Part shown: positions 1-8,600 of the stretch, one piece after another
Position numbering within the stretch: the first letter of the stretch is position 1
Layout of the letters: every line of letters begins with the position of its first letter
Origin: Utricularia gibba
Lineage: Eukaryota; Plantae; Magnoliophyta
Length of the DNA stretch: 23,179 nucleotides
Assembly: GCA_002189035.1 (NCBI GenBank)
Contig: NEEC01000202.1
Coordinates: 1 to 23,179, forward strand
Direction: 5' to 3'
Made by a program: the position numbers and the translations under genes
Notes under the pieces: generated by a model
What the model was told of the DNA's origin: nothing
What the model saw: only the letters and a program-made list of their open reading frames with translations
Database searches by the model: none

Positions 1-80
1 ATATGCGATCAAGATGGAAAAAAGTCACATGTTACATCATGAATTTCGTGGCATCACTTATCCCAACACTGTTGTATACT

Positions 81-186
81 CAGGATATGCGTAAATATTT
101 ATTTTTAACAAATCCGGTGCACGTGTGATTTTTCGGCTGCATCCCGAATGGTGATGCGCAATGAAATGACTATGTCGCACATCCTG
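81..186. other. Inverted-repeat-bounded domain within each unit
   Basis: CAGGATATGCG (81-91) pairs with CGCACATCCTG (176-186) at 10 of 11 positions. It encloses the palindrome TAAATATTTA (92-101), AAATC/GATTT (110-114/127-131) and GCATC/GATGC (139-143/153-157). Confidence 0.4.
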
Positions 187-259
187 GTCCACGAAGCACC
201 TCTTCGAAACATGTAGAGCCTTACTCTTCATAGCACACCATTGGGAAGCTTTATTCGTG

Positions 260-281
260 CTCCAAGTAATATCATATGGAG
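260..281 (-). other. Stem-loop with a CRESS-DNA-like nonanucleotide (TGATATTAC) in the loop; candidate rolling-circle nick site, one per unit
   Basis: The minus strand reads CTCCA-TATGATATTACT-TGGAG: a 5-bp stem with a 12-nt loop. TATGATATTAC differs at one position from the geminivirus loop TATAATATTAC. The stem is short and no Rep gene is present, so function is inferred only. Confidence 0.3.
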
Positions 282-331
282 TTACGTTTTTCCGATAACT
301 GTGGACATATTAAAAACAACCTCAACGAAAA

Positions 332-350
332 GTGTCTTCCGTGTCCTTCC
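332..350 (+). repeat. Imperfect tandem direct repeat GTGTCTTCC/GTGTCCTTCC within each unit
   Basis: Read directly at 332-340 and 341-350 in copy 1 and present in essentially every copy. Confidence 0.7.
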
Positions 351-369
351 TTGGTGGCTGCGTCTAAGA

Positions 370-480
370 ATGTGCTTCTCGTTCTCGACATTGATGCAAA
401 TGGGATACACGGCAAAAGAATCAAATAGCCACTAGAGACATGGTGTATGGGAATGGTGCATCAAGAATCAGAAGTATCAT
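370..480. other. Extended imperfect inverted repeat (hairpin arm) within each unit
   Basis: Nested pairings: ATGTGCTTCT (370-379) with AGAAGTATCAT (470-480, one bulge and one G-T pair), TTGATGCA (391-398) with TGCATCAA (457-464), and ATACAC (405-410) with GTGTAT (443-448). Confidence 0.5.
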
Positions 481-2136
481 AGCAACTAATTGAATCAATC
501 AACAGCCAAAACATATGGTGTCAAACTTCATCGGATATGCGATCAAGATGGAAAAAAGTCACATGTTACATCATGAATTTCGTGGCATCACTTATCCCAA
601 CACTGTTGTATACTCAGGATATGCGTAAATATTTATTTTTAACAAATCCGGTGCACGTGTGATTTTTTCGGCTGCATCCCGAATGGTGATGCGCAATGAA
701 ATGACTATGTCGCACATCCTGGTCCACGAAGCACCTCTTCGAAACATGTAGAGCCTTACTCTTCATAGCACACCATTGGGAAGCTTTATTCGTGCTCCAA
801 GTAATATCATATGGAGTTACGTTTTTCCGATAACTGTGGACATATTAAAAACAACCTCAACGAAAAGTGTCTTCCGTGTCCTTCCTTGGTGGCTGCGTCT
901 AAGAATGTGCTTCTCGTTCTCGACATTGATGCAAATGGGATACACGGCAAAAGAATCAAATAGCCACTAGAGACATGGTGTATGGGAATGGTGCATCAAG
1001 AATCAGAAGTATCATAGCAACTAATTGAATCAATCAACAGCCAAAACATATGGTGTCAAACTTCATCGGATATGCGATCAAGATGGAAAAAAGTCACATG
1101 TTACATCATGAATTTCGTGGCATCACTTATCCCAACACTGTTGTATACTCAGGATATGCGTAAATATTTATTTTTAACAAATCCGGTGCACGTGTGATTT
1201 TTCGGCTGCATCCCGAATGGTGATGCGCAATGAAATGACTATGTCGCATCCTGGTCCACGAAGCACCTCTTCGAAAACATGTAGAGCCTTACTCTTCATA
1301 GCACACCATTGGGAAGCTTTATTCGTGCTCCAAGTAATATCATATGGAGTTACGTTTTTCCGATAACTGTGGACATATTAAAAACAACCTCAACGAAAAG
1401 TGTCTTCCGTGTCCTTCCTTGGTGGCTGCGTCTAAGAATGTGCTTCTCGTTCTCGACATTGATGCAAATGGGATACACGGCAAAAGAATCAAATAGCCAC
1501 TAGAGACATGGTGTATGGGAATGGTGCATCAAGAATCAGAAGTATCATAGCAACTAATTGAATCAATCAACAGCCAAAACATATGGTGTCAAACTTCATC
1601 GGATATGCGATCAAGATGGAAAAAAGTCACATGTTACATCATGAATTTCGTGGCATCACTTATCCCAACACTGTTGTATACTCAGGATATGCGTAAATAT
1701 TTATTTTTAACAAATCCGGTGCACGTGTGATTTTTCGGCTGCATCCCGAATGGTGATGCGCAATGAAATGACTATGTCGCACATCCTGGTCCACGAAGCA
1801 CCTCTTCGAAACATGTAGAGCCTTACTCTTCATAGCACACCATTGGGAAGCTTTATTCGTGCTCCAAGTAATATCATATGGAGTTACGTTTTTCCGATAA
1901 CTGTGGACATATTAAAAACAACCTCAACGAAAAGTGTCTTCCGTGTCCTTCCTTGGTGGCTGCGTCTAAGAATGTGCTTCTCGTTCTCGACATTGATGCA
2001 AATGGGATACACGGCAAAAGAATCAAATAGCCACTAGAGACATGGTGTATGGGAATGGTGCATCAAGAATCAGAAGTATCATAGCAACTAATTGAATCAA
2101 TCAACAGCCAAAACATATGGTGTCAAACTTCATCGG

Positions 2137-2671
2137 ATATGCGATCAAGATGGAAAAAAGTCACATGTTACATCATGAATTTCGTGGCATCACTTATCCC
2201 AACACTGTTGTATACTCAGGATATGCGTAAATATTTATTTTTAACAAATCCGGTGCACGTGTGATTTTTCGGCTGCATCCCGAATGGTGATGCGCAATGA
2301 AATGACTATGTCGCACATCCTGGTCCACGAAGCACCTCTTCGAAAACATGTAGAGCCTTACTCTTCATAGCACACCATTGGGAAGCTTTATTCGTGCTCC
2401 AAGTAATATCATATGGAGTTACGTTTTTCCGATAACTGTGGACATATTAAAAACAACCTCAACGAAAAGTGTCTTCCGTGTCCTTCCTTGGTGGCTGCGT
2501 CTAAGAATGTGCTTCTCGTTCTCGACATTGATGCAAATGGGATACACGGCAAAAGAATCAAATAGCCACTAGAGACATGGTGTATGGGAATGGTGCATCA
2601 AGAATCAGAAGTATCATAGCAACTAATTGAATCAATCAACAGCCAAAACATATGGTGTCAAACTTCATCGG
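2137..2671. repeat. Representative consensus-length repeat unit (535 bp, ~41% GC)
   Basis: Copy 5 has the majority allele at the variable sites I checked (CGAAAAC, GCTCCAAG, AATGGGA, GATTTTTCG). Hand count of GC is about 219/535. The unit boundary is arbitrary, set by the window start. Confidence 0.95.
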
Positions 2672-5600
2672 ATATGCGATCAAGATGGAAAAAAGTCACA
2701 TGTTACATCATGAATTTCGTGGCATCACTTATCCCAACACTGTTGTATACTCAGGATATGCGTAAATATTTATTTTTAACAAATCCGGTGCACGTGTGAT
2801 TTTTCGGCTGCATCCCGAATGGTGATGCGCAATGAAATGACTATGTCGCACATCCTGGTCCACGAAGCACCTCTTCGAAAACATGTAGAGCCTTACTCTT
2901 CATAGCACACCATTGGGAAGCTTTATTCGTGCTCCAAGTAATATCATATGGAGTTACGTTTTTCCGATAACTGTGGACATATTAAAAACAACCTCAACGA
3001 AAAGTGTCTTCCGTGTCCTTCCTTGGTGGCTGCGTCTAAGAATGTGCTTCTCGTTCTCGACATTGATGCAAATGGGATACACGGCAAAAGAATCAAATAG
3101 CCACTAGAGACATGGTGTATGGGAATGGTGCATCAAGAATCAGAAGTATCATAGCAACTAATTGAATCAATCAACAGCCAAAACATATGGTGTCAAACTT
3201 CATCGGATATGCGATCAAGATGGAAAAAAGTCACATGTTACATCATGAATTTCGTGGCATCACTTATCCCAACACTGTTGTATACTCAGGATATGCGTAA
3301 ATATTTATTTTTAACAAATCCGGTGCACGTGTGATTTTTCGGCTGCATCCCGAATGGTGATGCGCAATGAAATGACTATGTCGCACATCCTGGTCCACGA
3401 AGCACCTCTTCGAAAACATGTAGAGCCTTACTCTTCATAGCACACCATTGGGAAGCTTTATTCGTGCTCCAAGTAATATCATATGGAGTTACGTTTTTCC
3501 GATAACTGTGGACATATTAAAAACAACCTCAACGAAAAGTGTCTTCCGTGTCCTTCCTTGGTGGCTGCGTCTAAGAATGTGCTTCTCGTTCTCGACATTG
3601 ATGCAAATGGGATACACGGCAAAAGAATCAAATAGCCACTAGAGACATGGTGTATGGGAATGGTGCATCAAGAATCAGAAGTATCATAGCAACTAATTGA
3701 ATCAATCAACAGCCAAAACATATGGTGTCAAACTTCATCGGATATGCGATCAAGATGGAAAAAAGTCACATGTTACATCATGAATTTCGTGGCATCACTT
3801 ATCCCAACACTGTTGTATACTCAGGATATGCGTAAATATTTATTTTTAACAAATCCGGTGCACGTGTGATTTTTCGGCTGCATCCCGAATGGTGATGCGC
3901 AATGAAATGACTATGTCGCACATCCTGGTCCACGAAGCACCTCTTCGAAAACATGTAGAGCCTTACTCTTCATAGCACACCATTGGGAAGCTTTATTCGT
4001 GCTCCAAGTAATATCATATGGAGTTACGTTTTTCCGATAACTGTGGACATATTAAAAACAACCTCAACGAAAAGTGTCTTCCGTGTCCTTCCTTGGTGGC
4101 TGCGTCTAAGAATGTGCTTCTCGTTCTCGACATTGATGCAAATGGGATACACGGCAAAAGAATCAAATAGCCACTAGAGACATGGTGTATGGGAATGGTG
4201 CATCAAGAATCAGAAGTATCATAGCAACTAATTGAATCAATCAACAGCCAAAACATATGGTGTCAAACTTCATCGGATATGCGATCAAGATGGAAAAAAG
4301 TCACATGTTACATCATGAATTTCGTGGCATCACTTATCCCAACACTGTTGTATACTCAGGATATGCGTAAATATTTATTTTTAACAAATCCGGTGCACGT
4401 GTGATTTTTCGGCTGCATCCCGAATGGTGATGCGCAATGAAATGACTATGTCGCACATCCTGGTCCACGAAGCACCTCTTCGAAAACATGTAGAGCCTTA
4501 CTCTTCATAGCACACCATTGGGAAGCTTTATTCGTGCTCCAAGTAATATCATATGGAGTTACGTTTTTCCGATAACTGTGGACATATTAAAACAACCTCA
4601 ACGAAAAGTGTCTTCCGTGTCCTTCCTTGGTGGCTGCGTCTAAGAATGTGCTTCTCGTTCTCGACATTGATGCAAATGGGATACACGGCAAAAGAATCAA
4701 ATAGCCACTAGAGACATGGTGTATGGGAATGGTGCATCAAGAATCAGAAGTATCATAGCAACTAATTGAATCAATCAACAGCCAAAACATATGGTGTCAA
4801 ACTTCATCGGATATGCGATCAAGATGGAAAAAAGTCACATGTTACATCATGAATTTCGTGGCATCACTTATCCCAACACTGTTGTATACTCAGGATATGC
4901 GTAAATATTTATTTTTAACAAATCCGGTGCACGTGTGATTTTTCGGCTGCATCCCGAATGGTGATGCGCAATGAAATGACTATGTCGCACATCCTGGTCC
5001 ACGAAGCACCTCTTCGAAAACATGTAGAGCCTTACTCTTCATAGCACACCATTGGGAAGCTTTATTCGTGCTCCAAGTAATATCATATGGAGTTACGTTT
5101 TTCCGATAACTGTGGACATATTAAAAACAACCTCAACGAAAAGTGTCTTCCGTGTCCTTCCTTGGTGGCTGCGTCTAAGAATGTGCTTCTCGTTCTCGAC
5201 ATTGATGCAAATGGGATACACGGCAAAAGAATCAAATAGCCACTAGAGACATGGTGTATGGGAATGGTGCATCAAGAATCAGAAGTATCATAGCAACTAA
5301 TTGAATCAATCAACAGCCAAAACATATGGTGTCAAACTTCATCGGATATGCGATCAAGATGGAAAAAAGTCACATGTTACATCATGAATTTCGTGGCATC
5401 ACTTATCCCAACACTGTTGTATACTCAGGATATGCGTAAATATTTATTTTTAACAAATCCGGTGCACGTGTGATTTTTCGGCTGCATCCCGAATGGTGAT
5501 GCGCAATGAAATGACTATGTCGCACATCCTGGTCCACGAAGCACCTCTTCGAAAACATGTAGAGCCTTACTCTTCATAGCACACCATTGGGAAGCTTTAT

Positions 5601-8600
5601 TCGTGCTCCAAGTAATATCATATGGAGTTACGTTTTTCCGATAACTGTGGACATATTAAAAACAACCTCAACGAAAAGTGTCTTCCGTGTCCTTCCTTGG
5701 TGGCTGCGTTTAAGAATGTGCTTCTCGTTCTCGACATTGATGCAAATGGGATACACGGCAAAAGAATCAAATAGCCACTAGAGACATGGTGTATGGGAAT
5801 GGTGCATCAAGAATCAGAAGTATCATAGCAACTAATTGAATCAATCAACAGCCAAAACATATGGTGTCAAACTTCATCGGATATGCGATCAAGATGGAAA
5901 AAAGTCACATGTTACATCATGAATTTCGTGGCATCACTTATCCCAACACTGTTGTATACTCAGGATATGCGTAAATATTTATTTTTAACAAATCCGGTGC
6001 ACGTGTGATTTTTCGGCTGCATCCCGAATGGTGATGCGCAATGAAATGACTATGTCGCACATCCTGGTCCACGAAGCACCTCTTCGAAAACATGTAGAGC
6101 CTTACTCTTCATAGCACACCATTGGGAAGCTTTATTCGTGCTCCAAGTAATATCATATGGAGTTACGTTTTTCCGATAACTGTGGACATATTAAAAACAA
6201 CCTCAACGAAAAGTGTCTTCCGTGTCCTTCTTGGTGGCTGCGTCTAAGAATGTGCTTCTCGTTCTCGACATTGATGCAAATGGGATACACGGCAAAAGAA
6301 TCAAATAGCCACTAGAGACATGGTGTATGGGAATGGTGCATCAAGAATCAGAAGTATCATAGCAACTAATTGAATCAATCAACAGCCAAAACATATGGTG
6401 TCAAACTTCATCGGATATGCGATCAAGATGGAAAAAAGTCACATGTTACATCATGAATTTCGTGGCATCACTTATCCCAACACTGTTGTATACTCAGGAT
6501 ATGCGTAAATATTTATTTTTAACAAATCCGGTGCACGTGTGATTTTTCGGCTGCATCCCGAATGGTGATGCGCAATGAAATGACTATGTCGCACATCCTG
6601 GTCCACGAAGCACCTCTTCGAAAACATGTAGAGCCTTACTCTTCATAGCACACCATTGGGAAGCTTTATTCGTGCTCCAAGTAATATCATATGGAGTTAC
6701 GTTTTTCCGATAACTGTGGACATATTAAAAACAACCTCAACGAAAAGTGTCTTCCGTGTCCTTCCTTGGTGGCTGCGTCTAAGAATGTGCTTCTCGTTCT
6801 CGACATTGATGCAAATGGGATACACGGCAAAAGAATCAAATAGCCACTAGAGACATGGTGTATGGGAATGGTGCATCAAGAATCAGAAGTATCATAGCAA
6901 CTAATTGAATCAATCAACAGCCAAAACATATGGTGTCAAACTTCATCGGATATGCGATCAAGATGGAAAAAAGTCACATGTTACATCATGAATTTCGTGG
7001 CATCACTTATCCCAACACTGTTGTATACTCAGGATATGCGTAAATATTTATTTTTAACAAATCCGGTGCACGTGTGATTTTTCGGCTGCATCCCGAATGG
7101 TGATGCGCAATGAAATGACTATGTCGCACATCCTGGTCCACGAAGCACCTCTTCGAAAACATGTAGAGCCTTACTCTTCATAGCACACCATTGGGAAGCT
7201 TTATTCGTGCTCCAAGTAATATCATATGGAGTTACGTTTTTCCGATAACTGTGGACATATTAAAAACAACCTCAACGAAAAGTGTCTTCCGTGTCCTTCC
7301 TTGGTGGCTGCGTCTAAGAATGTGCTTCTCGTTCTCGACATTGATGCAAATGGGATACACGGCAAAAGAATCAAATAGCCACTAGAGACATGGTGTATGG
7401 GAATGGTGCATCAAGAATCAGAAGTATCATAGCAACTAATTGAATCAATCAACAGCCAAAACATATGGTGTCAAACTTCATCGGATATGCGATCAAGATG
7501 GAAAAAAGTCACATGTTACATCATGAATTTCGTGGCATCACTTATCCCAACACTGTTGTATACTCAGGATATGCGTAAATATTTATTTTTAACAAATCCG
7601 GTGCACGTGTGATTTTTCGGCTGCATCCCGAATGGTGATGCGCAATGAAATGACTATGTCGCACATCCTGGTCCACGAAGCACCTCTTCGAAAACATGTA
7701 GAGCCTTACTCTTCATAGCACACCATTGGGAAGCTTTATTCGTGCTCCAAGTAATATCATATGGAGTTACGTTTTTCCGATAACTGTGGACATATTAAAA
7801 ACAACCTCAACGAAAAGTGTCTTCCGTGTCCTTCCTTGGTGGCTGCGTCTAAGAATGTGCTTCTCGTTCTCGACATTGATGCAAATGGGATACACGGCAA
7901 AAGAATCAAATAGCCACTAGAGACATGGTGTATGGGAATGGTGCATCAAGAATCAGAAGTATCATAGCAACTAATTGAATCAATCAACAGCCAAAACATA
8001 TGGTGTCAAACTTCATCGGATATGCGATCAAGATGGAAAAAAGTCACATGTTACATCATGAATTTCGTGGCATCACTTATCCCAACACTGTTGTATACTC
8101 AGGATATGCGTAAATATTTATTTTTAACAAATCCGGTGCACGTGTGATTTTTCGGCTGCATCCCGAATGGTGATGCGCAATGAAATGACTATGTCGCACA
8201 TCCTGGTCCACGAAGCACCTCTTCGAAACATGTAGAGCCTTACTCTTCATAGCACACCATTGGGAAGCTTTATTCGTGCTCCAAGTAATATCATATGGAG
8301 TTACGTTTTTCCGATAACTGTGGACATATTAAAAACAACCTCAACGAAAAGTGTCTTCCGTGTCCTTCCTTGGTGGCTGCGTCTAAGAATGTGCTTCTCG
8401 TTCTCGACATTGATGCAAATGGGATACACGGCAAAAGAATCAAATAGCCACTAGAGACATGGTGTATGGGAATGGTGCATCAAGAATCAGAAGTATCATA
8501 GCAACTAATTGAATCAATCAACAGCCAAAACATATGGTGTCAAACTTCATCGGATATGCGATCAAGATGGAAAAAAGTCACATGTTACATCATGAATTTC

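Noticed and set aside
7-22. pC194/phiX174-type nick site (ATCTTGAT on the minus strand)
   Set aside because: It lacks the conserved CTTGATA and the upstream consensus; a match this short is expected by chance.
52-80. Sigma70 promoter (TATACT at 75-80)
   Set aside because: There is no -35 element at proper spacing, no correctly placed extended -10 TG, and the host domain is unknown.
200-300. Hammerhead or hairpin ribozyme cores
   Set aside because: There is no CTGANGA on either strand (the closest is CCGATGA on minus). The minus-strand GGAAAAAC...GATATTACTTGG only loosely resembles hairpin-ribozyme loop B, with mismatched conserved residues and a weak helix.
148-428. Faint protein resemblances to hAT, Mutator or copia proteins (HILVHEAPL, LDIDANG, HLHQ, KALHVFEE)
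   Set aside because: The matches are 4-6 residues, point to different families, have inconsistent spacing and are separated by stops. They are not supportable without a profile search.
241-435. Repeated 64-aa ORF (MGSFIRAP...), present in most copies
   Set aside because: It has a TTG start, no evident ribosome-binding site and no recognisable motif, and its length is within chance. Its recurrence only reflects the DNA repeat. The single substitution (5710) is synonymous in this frame, but one event is uninformative.
1-535. Kinetoplast minicircle, spliced-leader RNA repeat, tRNA or telomeric repeat
   Set aside because: I found no GGGGTTGGTGTA block, no known spliced-leader exon, no cloverleaf or T-loop context, and no short G-rich telomere motif.
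533-545. 5S rRNA tandem array (GGATATGCGATCA resembles the plant 5S 5' end; GCACCGGAT occurs on the minus strand)
   Set aside because: The two short matches are on opposite strands and the rest of the 120-nt 5S sequence, including the internal promoter boxes, is absent.
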